58,779 bases of DNA from Bacilli bacterium (GTDB lineage Bacteria > Bacillota_I > Bacilli_A > RFN20 > CAG-826): NCBI GenBank assembly GCA_036657515.1, contig JAVXGI010000005.1:1-58779 (forward strand), in the 5' to 3' direction. A model generated the notes under the pieces. It saw only the letters and a program-made list of their open reading frames with translations, ran no database searches and was not told the DNA's origin. Below, piece after piece: positions 10,071 through 19,739 of this stretch (within the stretch, counting starts at the first letter, position 1; every line of letters starts with the position of its first letter). A program made the position numbers and the translations under genes.

Positions 10071-10087
10071 ATAAATATTATATCAAA

Positions 10088-11368
10088 TTATTTCTTAATA
10101 GGTGAGATTTTTTCTAATCCGCCCATAAATGGTCTAAGAACTTCTGGAATAATAACGCTTCCGTCAGCTTGTTGATATTGTTCAAGGATTGCTGGAACAA
10201 TACGTGAAGTAGCAAGACCTGATCCATTAAGTGTATGGAGGAAATGCATTTTTCCTTCTTTATCTTTATAGCGCATCATGCCACGTCTTGCTTGATAATC
10301 TCTTGCGTTAGAAACAGACGAACATTCTTTATATATTTTCATTGATGGAATCCATACTTCAATGTCGTATGTTCTAGCCATTGAATGAGAACAATCACCA
10401 GCAGCTAACTTTGAAATTTGGAAATGTAATCCAAGTTCTTCAACAAGATGTGAAGCTTTATGAACTAATTCATCAAACATTGCATCGCTTTCATCTTCTT
10501 TTGTATAAGCAACCATTTCAACTTTATTAAATTGATATCCGCGAATAGTTCCTCTTTCTTCAGTTCTATAAGAACCGGCTTCACTTCTATAACATGGAGT
10601 ATAAGCAAAATATCTTTTTGGAAGTTCGTTTATATCAACAATTTCATTGCGATGTAAGTTAACTAGTGCTGTTTCAGCAGTTGGTAACATAAATCTACGT
10701 GGTTCCATATTTGAAAGGAAGAATACATCGTTATCAAATTTTGGAAATTGTCCAGCAGTATAGCCTGATTCGACATTTAACATATGTGGAGGAAGAATAA
10801 ATGTATAACCATCACGAATATGTTCTGCAACAAAGAAGTTAATCAGTGCCCATTCAAGTTGAGCTCCAATTCCTTTATAAATCCAAGTTCCACGACCAGA
10901 AATTTTAGCAGCTCTTTCATAATCAATTAATCCGAGTGACTCAGCAAGTTCAACGTGATCCTTAATTGGAAAATCAAACGTTGGTTGAGTCTTATAAGTG
11001 TAGATTGCTTTGTTGTTTTCTTTTTCGCCTGGAAGTAAATCTTCATCAGGTAAATTTGGCAATACTTTTAAGAAATCAAAAATGAATTTTTCAATCGAGT
11101 CGAGTTCTGCAGCGTTTTTTGAATTTTGTTCATTCAAAAGTTTGACTTTTGCAAATAATTCTTCAGGATTTTTTCCATCTTTTTTATATTGTGGAACCAT
11201 TTTTGAGCACTTATTTTGTTCAGCTTTATTTGATTCGACATCAATTAATAACTCTTTTCTTCTCTTGTTTTTTTCTAAAAGTTCAGAGAAATCCACATTA
11301 AAAAGTTTTCTTTTTAAAAGTTCTTCTACATGTTTTGGATCTTGTTCTATTTTTTTAATATCAATCAT
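10088..11368 (-). CDS. serS: Serine--tRNA ligase
   Basis: PTAE, YRSEAG, FNKVE, TLNGSGLA motifs. Confidence 0.97.
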   Translation of the reverse strand: MIDIKKIEQDPKHVEELLKRKLFNVDFSELLEKNKRRKELLIDVESNKAEQNKCSKMVPQYKKDGKNPEELFAKVKLLNEQNSKNAAELDSIEKFIFDFLKVLPNLPDEDLLPGEKENNKAIYTYKTQPTFDFPIKDHVELAESLGLIDYERAAKISGRGTWIYKGIGAQLEWALINFFVAEHIRDGYTFILPPHMLNVESGYTAGQFPKFDNDVFFLSNMEPRRFMLPTAETALVNLHRNEIVDINELPKRYFAYTPCYRSEAGSYRTEERGTIRGYQFNKVEMVAYTKEDESDAMFDELVHKASHLVEELGLHFQISKLAAGDCSHSMARTYDIEVWIPSMKIYKECSSVSNARDYQARRGMMRYKDKEGKMHFLHTLNGSGLATSRIVPAILEQYQQADGSVIIPEVLRPFMGGLEKISPIKK

Positions 11369-11383
11369 AAATAATTTCCTTCC

Positions 11384-12379
11384 TTATAATAAATTATTAT
11401 ATATCATTTTTAAATTTTCGCCTAATTGTTTAACATCACATTTTGAAACAAAATAATAGGCATCAGAGACGGTATTTGAAATCTTATAATCAAGAAAATT
11501 TGTGATCATTTTATATAAATCACCAATGTCGTCAGTGTGCATAACAAATGGTTGACGGTAAATATTAGGCAAAGCTAAATCATAAGCAATAACTTGTGTT
11601 TCAGCTGCCATAGTTTCAAGAAGTTGCACATCATCGATGAAATAACTATTTAAAAATAAGACACATCTAGCGTTTTTTAATAAAGAACGATAAATGTTAA
11701 TATCAACAAATTTTGAGAAAACAATATTTGGAGCTGGTTTCTTATATTTTTTACTAAAACGTTTAAATAGTGGGTTGCTATATTTTCCTGTTCCGATGCA
11801 AATGACTTTAGTATCAGGTCTTAATAAAGCAACGGCATTTAAGCGATCTAAACATTCTTTATCTTCATAATCTGCAAAAGCTAATAGAATTTTAGTTTCA
11901 ACACCAAGTGAAAAATAACGACGAGCAAGTCCCATATCAGTTTCTGGTAGAAACTTGTAAATTTGTAAATTAATACCACTTGTTACAACTTCAATCTTTT
12001 CGCCTTCTAATCCTTTTGCAATTAAAGCATCTTTATATTCTTCAATTGGAACAAGAATTTTATCAGCTCTATCAAAAATATCAACGAGTGCTTTACTTAA
12101 TTCTTCTTTAAAGAAAGCTTCAAGAGAAAGAATACGTTTTCCATGTCGTGCATCTTTTGTATAAAACAAACTAAGAACAACTTTCTTTCCATCTTCTTTA
12201 AGTTCTTTTACAAGTCCAAGTGGAAATGGCCAAATTAAATGTGCGATTTCATCGGGTGTTTTATAATTTGGGTTGAACCTAATCTCGTTTTCCACTAAAG
12301 CAGCTTTAATATTTTTTCTTATACGTTCAGCTTTAAATTTTGCTTCTTCTTTATTCTGGAATAAAATTATTTCATTCAT
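11384..12379 (-). CDS. GT-B/GT4-like glycosyltransferase, divergent
   Basis: SGINL, VDINIYRSLLKNA and LLETMAA resemble the GT4 C-terminal domain; first Glu of EX7E absent. Confidence 0.6.
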   Translation of the reverse strand: MNEIILFQNKEEAKFKAERIRKNIKAALVENEIRFNPNYKTPDEIAHLIWPFPLGLVKELKEDGKKVVLSLFYTKDARHGKRILSLEAFFKEELSKALVDIFDRADKILVPIEEYKDALIAKGLEGEKIEVVTSGINLQIYKFLPETDMGLARRYFSLGVETKILLAFADYEDKECLDRLNAVALLRPDTKVICIGTGKYSNPLFKRFSKKYKKPAPNIVFSKFVDINIYRSLLKNARCVLFLNSYFIDDVQLLETMAAETQVIAYDLALPNIYRQPFVMHTDDIGDLYKMITNFLDYKISNTVSDAYYFVSKCDVKQLGENLKMIYNNLL

Positions 12380-12382
12380 ATT

Positions 12383-14977
12383 TTATTCCTCTTTTTCTGT
12401 TGCTATATAGTTTTCATCAAGAATGTCGTTTCCTTCGCTAACCTCATCAACAACTTCTTCTTGATGAGGAACAATAGCGATTGAGGAAACGGCTTCTTTT
12501 TCTTTAATATTAATAATTTTTACTCCCATTGTATTACGTCCACAGATTTTAATTTGTCCAAGGTTAACCCTGATTAAAATGCCGCCTTTTGTAATAACAA
12601 CAAGATCTTCTTCGCCTTTTACAACTTTCATATCAACAATTTGTCCGTTCTTCTCGGTTGCTTTTATAGTATAGACGCCTTTTGAGCCTCTGCGTGTTAA
12701 GCGATACCCGTCAAGAGTAGACATTTTGCCATAACCATTAGTTGTAATAACAAGAACTAATTCACCTTCTAAACTAGTAGAAAGAGAAATAGCAGTACTG
12801 CCATCAACATTCATTCCTTTAACTCCAGCAGCACTTCTTCCCATAACTCTAACATCAGTTTCGAGGAATTTTACCATCTTGCCATTGGTTGCAACAAGAC
12901 TTACATAAGCACTACCATCAGTTTTCTTAACATCAAGTAATTGATCATTTTCTCTAAGAGTAATGGCAATCTTACCATTTTGTCTAATTGAATCAAATTC
13001 TCTAATATCAGTACGTTTAACAACTCCAAGCTTGGTAGCAAAGAATAAATATTCGCCTTCACAATATGAATCACAGGTAATAATTGATCTAATATCTTCG
13101 CCTTCTGCAAGGTTAAGGAAATTAGAAACAGGAATGCCTTTAGCAATTCTATTTGCTTCAGGAATGCGGTGTCCTCTAAGGCGATATATACGACCTAGAT
13201 TTGAAAAGAATAATAAATCAGTATGAGTATGAGCGTTAACTGTTAAGAAAACCTCATCATCAGCATGAGTTGACATTCCTTTAACACCTTTTCCACCTCT
13301 ATTTTGGGTTTTAAAAGTATCAAGAGACATACGTTTAATATAACCAGACTTTGTAAGTGTAATTACAATATCTTGTTTTTCAATCAAGTCTTCGTCTTCA
13401 ATTTGTTCTTCAGCATCAGTAATAATTGTTCTACGAGCATCACCAAATTTTGCTACAACTTCTCCAAGTTCTTTGAAAATAACTTCAAGCTTATTTTCTC
13501 TACTTGCTAAAATATGTTCGAGTTCTGCAAGGGTTTTGATGATTTCGTTAAGTTCGTCGACTAACTTTTGTTTTTCAAGTCCAGTTAATCTGCGTAGTGT
13601 CATTGCAAGTATTGCTTCAACTTGTTCATCACTTAATGCATATTTTGCTTTAAGAGCATTAGCGGCTTCTTCTGAAGTATTAGTTGATCTAATGATTCTA
13701 ATTACGTTATCAATATCATCCGTTGCAAGAATTAATCCATCTAAAATATGGCGACGAGCAATAGCTTTATCTTTTCTATAGACAGTACGTCTTGTAATAA
13801 CTTCAATTTGGAATTCCAAATAATGTTTTAACATATCTTTTAACGTTAAAATCTTTGGAGCACCATCAACAAGAGCAATTACTTGAGCATTAAATTTACC
13901 TTGTAATTGAGTTTGTTTATATATTTGATTAAGAACAACTTCTGGTACGGCATCTTTACTTAATTCAACAATAACTTTAATTCCAGTTCTATGAGATGTT
14001 TCATCTTTTACATCAGTTATTTCTGGAATAATTTTACTATCAGCTAATTCTCCTATCTTACGAACAAGATTAGCTTTATTAACTTGATAAGGAATCTCAG
14101 TAATAATAATTTCTTTTTTATTACCATTAGCACTATCAACAATCGTAGCTTTTCCTCTTACAACAACGTCCCCTTTTCCGGTTTCATACATTGTTTTAAT
14201 TCCGGTTCTTCCTAAAATATATCCGCCAGTTGGGAAATCTGGTCCACTAATATAATTTTCCATTAATTCCGTAACGGAAATATCAGGATTAAGTGCGTAA
14301 GCACGTAATGCTGCGCACACTTCGTTTAGATTGTGCGGAGGAATATTTGTTGCCATTCCAACAGCAATTCCATTACTTCCATTTACTAAAAGGTTAGGAA
14401 ATCTTGCTGGTAAAACAACTGGTTCTTTTTCACTTCCATCGTAGTTATCGATAAAATTAACTGTATTTTCTTTAATATCACGAACCATATTAGCGGCAAA
14501 TCTATTTAAACGAGCTTCCGTATAACGATATGCAGCGGCTCCATCTCCATCGATATTGCCGAAGTTACCATGTCCATCAATTAACATATATCTCATCGAG
14601 AAATCTTGAGCCATACGAACAAGTGATTCATAAATTGCGGTGTCACCATGTGGGTGATAATTACCCATGACATCTCCAACGATTTTAGCACACTTAACGT
14701 GTGGCTTATCAGGAGTGTATCCTGATTCGTTCATAGCGAAAATTATACGTCTATGAACGGGTTTAAATCCGTCTCTTACGTCAGGTAGAGCACGAGAAAC
14801 AATAACAGACATTGCGTAATCTAAAAATCCTGACTTCACGTTTCCTGAAACTTCAACATCTTTAATTCCAGCAACAATTCCATCATTAATAAAAACTTCT
14901 TCAGTAGGAAGGCTATTTTCTTCACCACTTATTTCTTCTTCTACAACTTCATCAATTACTTTATTTTCATCTTCCAT
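12383..14977 (-). CDS. gyrA: DNA gyrase subunit A
   Basis: RALPDVRDG, HPHGD, RYTEARL, GyrA box QNRGGKG, C-terminal pinwheel repeats. Confidence 0.98.
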   Translation of the reverse strand: MEDENKVIDEVVEEEISGEENSLPTEEVFINDGIVAGIKDVEVSGNVKSGFLDYAMSVIVSRALPDVRDGFKPVHRRIIFAMNESGYTPDKPHVKCAKIVGDVMGNYHPHGDTAIYESLVRMAQDFSMRYMLIDGHGNFGNIDGDGAAAYRYTEARLNRFAANMVRDIKENTVNFIDNYDGSEKEPVVLPARFPNLLVNGSNGIAVGMATNIPPHNLNEVCAALRAYALNPDISVTELMENYISGPDFPTGGYILGRTGIKTMYETGKGDVVVRGKATIVDSANGNKKEIIITEIPYQVNKANLVRKIGELADSKIIPEITDVKDETSHRTGIKVIVELSKDAVPEVVLNQIYKQTQLQGKFNAQVIALVDGAPKILTLKDMLKHYLEFQIEVITRRTVYRKDKAIARRHILDGLILATDDIDNVIRIIRSTNTSEEAANALKAKYALSDEQVEAILAMTLRRLTGLEKQKLVDELNEIIKTLAELEHILASRENKLEVIFKELGEVVAKFGDARRTIITDAEEQIEDEDLIEKQDIVITLTKSGYIKRMSLDTFKTQNRGGKGVKGMSTHADDEVFLTVNAHTHTDLLFFSNLGRIYRLRGHRIPEANRIAKGIPVSNFLNLAEGEDIRSIITCDSYCEGEYLFFATKLGVVKRTDIREFDSIRQNGKIAITLRENDQLLDVKKTDGSAYVSLVATNGKMVKFLETDVRVMGRSAAGVKGMNVDGSTAISLSTSLEGELVLVITTNGYGKMSTLDGYRLTRRGSKGVYTIKATEKNGQIVDMKVVKGEEDLVVITKGGILIRVNLGQIKICGRNTMGVKIINIKEKEAVSSIAIVPHQEEVVDEVSEGNDILDENYIATEKEE

Positions 14978-14994
14978 TATTTTATTTCTCCTTA

Positions 14995-17082
14995 CTAAAT
15001 ATCCAGATTCTTAACAAATTTAGCATTTTTAAGAATGAATTCTCTTCTTGGATCAACGTCTTCTCCCATTAAATCGGTAAATACCTTACTAGCTGCTGCA
15101 GCGTCTTCAAGAGTAACACGTAACATCTTTCTATGAACTGGATCCATTGTTGTATCAGCTAATTGATCTTTATTCATTTCACCAAGACCTTTATATCTTT
15201 GGAATGGGTAGTTACCTTTTAATCCTAATTGACGTTTAATTTGTTCAAGCTCTTCATCACTATATGCATAGTATTGCTTTCTTTGATGTTCTACTTTATA
15301 AAGTGGAGGTTGTGCAATAAATACATTTCCATGTTTTATTAACTCTCTCATAAAATTAAAGAAGAAAGTTAATAACAATATTCTAATGTGTGATCCATCA
15401 ACATCAGCATCCGTCATAATAATAACTTTATGATATCTAATTTTAGTAATATCAAACGTCTCATTATATCCAGCTCCAATTGCTAAAATTAGATTGCCGA
15501 TTTCAGCATTTTTAAAGGTACGATCTTCGTTTGCTTTAGCGGTATTTAGTATTTTTCCACGAAGTGGTAAAATAGCTTGCGTTTTAGCATCACGTCCATC
15601 TTTTGCTGTTCCAGCAGCAGAATTACCTTCAACGATAAATAATTCACAGTCTTCTGGTTTTTTACTTGAGCAAGTTGAAAGTTTACCAGCTAAAGAAGCA
15701 ATCTTTACTCCGGCTCTTTCACTATCACGTGCGAGTTTTCCTTTAATACGAGCACGTTGAGCATTTGCGGTTTTATTTACCAACATTTCACCTATTTTCT
15801 TATTTTCTTGTAAGAAACGTGAAAGTTTAGCTTTTAATATTTGATATGTAACAGTACGAACTTCACTATTACCTAATTTTCCTTTAGTTTGTCCTTCATA
15901 TTGTGGATTAGGATGTTTTACTGAAATAATAGCAGTAATTCCTTCTAAACAATCATCGATTATATAACCTGGATCTTTATCTTTGGTTTTAAGAACAAAA
16001 TCACGAGCATATTCATTAATCGTTGTTGAAAGAGCAGTTCTAAAACCAAATTCATGAGTACCTCCGTTTACGGTACTAATATTATTACAGTATGAATAAA
16101 CTCCTGTTGTATCATAGCTATCTCCTCTATATTGAAAAGCAATCTCAACATAGATTCTTTCTTTTTTGCCTTCTGGCATTGCTACTTCTTCAGCGCCTTC
16201 ACAATAAAATACTGGACAATCAACTTCTTCTTTCTTTTGAAGTTCGCCATATATTTTTTTACCACTATTTAAGAAGCTAACATATTCTCTAATGCCGCCT
16301 TCAAATTTAAATGATTCAGAAACCGGTTCTTCATCACGATTATCAAAAATAGTGATTTTAACACCCTTGTTTAAGAAAGCCATTTGGCGGACACGGTCAC
16401 GAACGGTGTCGTAATCATATACGTGAGTTTCTGTAAATATTGTTGGATCAGGTAAGAAAGTTACAATTGTTCCATTGTGGTCAGAAACGCCAATTTGCAC
16501 TGTATGAATACTAACGTGTCCGCCGTTTTCAAACCTGGTATGATATTTTTTGCCGTCTTTATCAACGATAATATCGACAAATTTTGATAAAGCATTAACA
16601 ACTGATGCACCAACTCCATGTAATCCACCCGATACTTTATATCCGTTATTGTTGCCAAACTTACCTCCAGCGTGAAGCATGGTATAAACCGTTTCTACGC
16701 CAGACGTTCCCGTTTTTTTAACAACGTCAACTGGAATTCCTCTACCATTATCGCTAACAGTAACCGAATTATCTTTGTTAAGGGTAACATTAATTTCAGT
16801 ACAATATCCTGCTAATGCCTCATCTATTGCATTATCAATAATTTCCCATACTAAATGATGTAATCCAACCGAAGAGGTTGATCCAATATACATTCCTGGA
16901 CGTTTACGTACAGCATCAAGTCCTTCAAGAACTTCAAGATTATCTGCAGTATAATGTTCTGTTGCCTTTTCTTGTTCACGTTCGTTATCAGTATCAAGAA
17001 CTGTATAGTTCGTGGTATCTTCCATTTCACGTTTTAAATTAGCCTCTTTTAATTCGGCTTTTATATTTCTTTCTTCTTCCAT
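14995..17082 (-). CDS. gyrB: DNA gyrase subunit B
   Basis: RKRPGMYIG, GGLHGVG, PLRGK, MTDADVDG, YKGLGEM. Confidence 0.98.
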   Translation of the reverse strand: MEEERNIKAELKEANLKREMEDTTNYTVLDTDNEREQEKATEHYTADNLEVLEGLDAVRKRPGMYIGSTSSVGLHHLVWEIIDNAIDEALAGYCTEINVTLNKDNSVTVSDNGRGIPVDVVKKTGTSGVETVYTMLHAGGKFGNNNGYKVSGGLHGVGASVVNALSKFVDIIVDKDGKKYHTRFENGGHVSIHTVQIGVSDHNGTIVTFLPDPTIFTETHVYDYDTVRDRVRQMAFLNKGVKITIFDNRDEEPVSESFKFEGGIREYVSFLNSGKKIYGELQKKEEVDCPVFYCEGAEEVAMPEGKKERIYVEIAFQYRGDSYDTTGVYSYCNNISTVNGGTHEFGFRTALSTTINEYARDFVLKTKDKDPGYIIDDCLEGITAIISVKHPNPQYEGQTKGKLGNSEVRTVTYQILKAKLSRFLQENKKIGEMLVNKTANAQRARIKGKLARDSERAGVKIASLAGKLSTCSSKKPEDCELFIVEGNSAAGTAKDGRDAKTQAILPLRGKILNTAKANEDRTFKNAEIGNLILAIGAGYNETFDITKIRYHKVIIMTDADVDGSHIRILLLTFFFNFMRELIKHGNVFIAQPPLYKVEHQRKQYYAYSDEELEQIKRQLGLKGNYPFQRYKGLGEMNKDQLADTTMDPVHRKMLRVTLEDAAAASKVFTDLMGEDVDPRREFILKNAKFVKNLDI

Positions 17083-17085
17083 ACC

Positions 17086-18135
17086 TTATTCTCCTTTGCG
17101 ATAAGCGTTATATTCATATTCTTTATAATCTGTTTTTGTTGCACTTATAAATACCTGTCCACAGTCTTTTAAGTATTCAATCAAGCGCGCAATATTTGTT
17201 TCATCAAGTTCTGATAAAACATCGTCAAGTAAAATAATCATGTCGTATCTCTTAATAATTTTTGCACTAGCTAAGATGAAACATAATATTGCAAGTCTAT
17301 TTTCACCTTGAGAAGCGCGAACGGCCATATCTGCTCCATCAATTTTTAAGTAATAATTTTCTTTATGAACTCCAATTTGCGTTACTTTATAAAGCTTATC
17401 AAGCGCATAATTTGACTTATATATTGCTAATAAATTACTCTCATAATTATCATCAAGTGGAACGAGTGGTTCATAAACTAGAGATATGTTTTGAGCTTTA
17501 TTAGAAATTAACTTAGCAATTTTAGGCATTTCTTCATTGATTCGTTTAACGTATATATCGCGTAGCACTGCAATAGAATGCGAGCGTAACGTTAATTCTG
17601 TTGTAAGAGTATAAATATACTTGTCATTAAGCACTTGTTCTTTAAGGGCTTCATTTCTTTCTTTTAGTAGCTTTTTATATTCAATATAAGCACTACGATA
17701 TTTTGCTACCGTTCTTCCAAGCGAACTATCAATCAAATTACGACGAACATCTTGCGTTTCAATAAACGCATTTACCATTGAAGGATTAAATAATACGCCA
17801 TTATAGATTTCCATTAATTCACTGGTAGATTTAATAGGTTTGTCATCGAGAAAAAGTCTTTTTTTTGCATAGTCACAATATAATGTAACTTTGTGAGATA
17901 TATTGTTGTTTAATATTTGCGCAGTTATAACAAATTGATTTTTATCATTTTGAATTAAATTAGTGATATCACTTGTTCTCCAAGATTTTCCAAACATTAG
18001 AACGTATAAGGCTTCAATAATATTTGTTTTTCCTGATCCGTTTTCACCAACAATGATATTTAAGTTATCTTGTGGAAGAAACACTAAGCTTTCATGATTT
18101 CTAAAATTAATTAATTCAAGTCTTTTAACACTCAT
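17086..18135 (-). CDS. recF: DNA replication/repair protein RecF
   Basis: NFRN, GENGSGKTN, SQGE, LLDDVLSELD; conserved synteny. Confidence 0.95.
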   Translation of the reverse strand: MSVKRLELINFRNHESLVFLPQDNLNIIVGENGSGKTNIIEALYVLMFGKSWRTSDITNLIQNDKNQFVITAQILNNNISHKVTLYCDYAKKRLFLDDKPIKSTSELMEIYNGVLFNPSMVNAFIETQDVRRNLIDSSLGRTVAKYRSAYIEYKKLLKERNEALKEQVLNDKYIYTLTTELTLRSHSIAVLRDIYVKRINEEMPKIAKLISNKAQNISLVYEPLVPLDDNYESNLLAIYKSNYALDKLYKVTQIGVHKENYYLKIDGADMAVRASQGENRLAILCFILASAKIIKRYDMIILLDDVLSELDETNIARLIEYLKDCGQVFISATKTDYKEYEYNAYRKGE

Positions 18136-18353
18136 TTAGAATCTACGTTAATAATCATCTCACCAATCTCAATCTTGTAACCTGGATATATCTTACGTCC
18201 ACGTCTTACTTCTAATTCTCCATTTACTAGCACAGCATTGGCTGTTAAGAAGAGTTTTGCTTCTCCTCCTTCGCTAATAATTCCAGAATATTTTAGTAAT
18301 TGTTGAAGTGTGATATATGGAGTGTTAATACTGACATTTTTTACTTTTTCCAT
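18132..18353 (-). CDS. yaaA: S4-domain protein YaaA
   Basis: YITLQQLLK...GGEAK...VNGELEVRRGRK; located between dnaN and recF. Confidence 0.92.
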   Translation of the reverse strand: MEKVKNVSINTPYITLQQLLKYSGIISEGGEAKLFLTANAVLVNGELEVRRGRKIYPGYKIEIGEMIINVDSK

Positions 18354-18374
18354 TTTGACTTCCTCGCTGTTAAT

Positions 18375-18418
18375 ATTATATCAAAAACAAGTCTATTAAT
18401 GAATATAAATATTCATTA
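18375..18418 (-). promoter_or_regulatory. Promoter of the yaaA-recF-gyrB-gyrA operon with a palindrome over the -35 region
   Basis: Extended -10 TGATATAAT (18375-18383); inverted repeat TAATGAATAT-AA-ATATTCATTA (18397-18418). Confidence 0.6.
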
Positions 18419-18441
18419 TAGAGCAAATATTATTTAGCATG

Positions 18442-18475
18442 AAAAAGGCCTTTGCATTGACGCTGCAAAGGCCTT
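18442..18475 (-). terminator. Intrinsic terminator after dnaN
   Basis: AAGGCCTTTGCA-7nt-TGCAAAGGCCTT with a U tract on the minus strand. Confidence 0.8.
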
Positions 18476-18495
18476 AAAATCGATAATAATTCTGC

Positions 18496-19623
18496 TTAGT
18501 TGAACATTCTTAAAGGCGTGATAACTTGAACTAGACTTGGTTCGTTTTCTGATCTGATAATAAATGGCTTTAATGAGCCTCCAAATTCAAATATTACATC
18601 ACTTTGTCCAAGAGCTCTGATAGCTCCTAAAACATAATCACAGTTATAAATTAATTCAAAATCTTCACTATCAAACGAGAATCTTGATATGCTTTCTTCA
18701 ACACTTCCAAGAGTTGGAGATTTTGAAGAAATTTTAAGTTCTCCACGAGTTATTTTAAGTTTTGCTGAGACATTTCTTTCAAGGAATAAGACCGAAACTC
18801 TTTCCATTGCATCAATCATTTCTTGAGCATTAGCTTCTAAAACAATAGAAAAACTACGACTAATAATTGAAGAAACATTTGGATAATCTCCTGAAATTAA
18901 TGTGGTAAAAAGTATGGTATTTCCAAAAACAAAATATGCTTTTTTCTCTAAAATTCCAATTGTGATTTCTTTAAATTCTTCAGCCATTTTTGCAACATCT
19001 TGAAATGTTTTGGCAGGAATATTGGCTTTTAAGAGCTTATTTGTGCCAATTTTAACGATTTTACGTGATAAACGTGCGGTATCGGTAGCAGTAATTGTTA
19101 GCTCCCCATTAGCGGTGCAGAAATTTACTGCAGTTAAAATTGGCTTCGAATCTTTTGTTGAAGCAGCAAAGGCTACTTGATTTGCACATTTAGCAAATTC
19201 TTGAGTAGACATTTTAAAACTGCATTCTTCATCAAGTGCAAAGTCAAAATTAGGGAATTCTTCAGCATCCATTGTTGCTAATTTATATGATGATTTACCA
19301 TCGTCAACTTTTAAAATAGAACTATCTATTAATTCTACAGAAACATCTGTTCCACTTAGTTTTCTTACAATTTCAACAAGACGACCAAATGCAAGACATG
19401 ATCCTTCGCGTTCTACTGAAAGAATAGTTGTTCCATCTTCTTTGGTGGTTGCTATTTTATCAATAATAGAAGTATCACCATTTGAAGTAGTAATATCAAT
19501 TCCTTGTTTAGTTACGGTAATTTTAAAATTAGCAAGAGCTGGAATAATAGCCTTACTTGCTATTGCTTTGCTGGTAGTATTGAGTGATTTTAAGAATGTT
19601 TCGCGATGAATAATAAATTTCAT
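18496..19623 (-). CDS. dnaN: DNA polymerase III beta sliding clamp
   Basis: MKFII start, ATDTARLS, GDYPN, C-terminal PLR; follows dnaA. Confidence 0.97.
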   Translation of the reverse strand: MKFIIHRETFLKSLNTTSKAIASKAIIPALANFKITVTKQGIDITTSNGDTSIIDKIATTKEDGTTILSVEREGSCLAFGRLVEIVRKLSGTDVSVELIDSSILKVDDGKSSYKLATMDAEEFPNFDFALDEECSFKMSTQEFAKCANQVAFAASTKDSKPILTAVNFCTANGELTITATDTARLSRKIVKIGTNKLLKANIPAKTFQDVAKMAEEFKEITIGILEKKAYFVFGNTILFTTLISGDYPNVSSIISRSFSIVLEANAQEMIDAMERVSVLFLERNVSAKLKITRGELKISSKSPTLGSVEESISRFSFDSEDFELIYNCDYVLGAIRALGQSDVIFEFGGSLKPFIIRSENEPSLVQVITPLRMFN

Positions 19624-19639
19624 ATATATTTCTCCTAAA

Positions 19640-19678
19640 GAATAATAATAGTAATAAGGGCTGTGGATATGTGGATAA
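19640..19678 (-). promoter_or_regulatory. oriC basal unwinding site: two DnaA boxes, GC spacer and DnaA-trios
   Basis: Minus strand TTATCCACA-TATCCACA-GCCC-TTA TTA CTA TTA TTA TTC, the same layout as B. subtilis incC. Confidence 0.88.
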
Positions 19679-19739
19679 GACGAATTACATATAATATTTT
19701 ACCATAAATGGACAAAATATTTGAGTAAAATAAGCAGTT

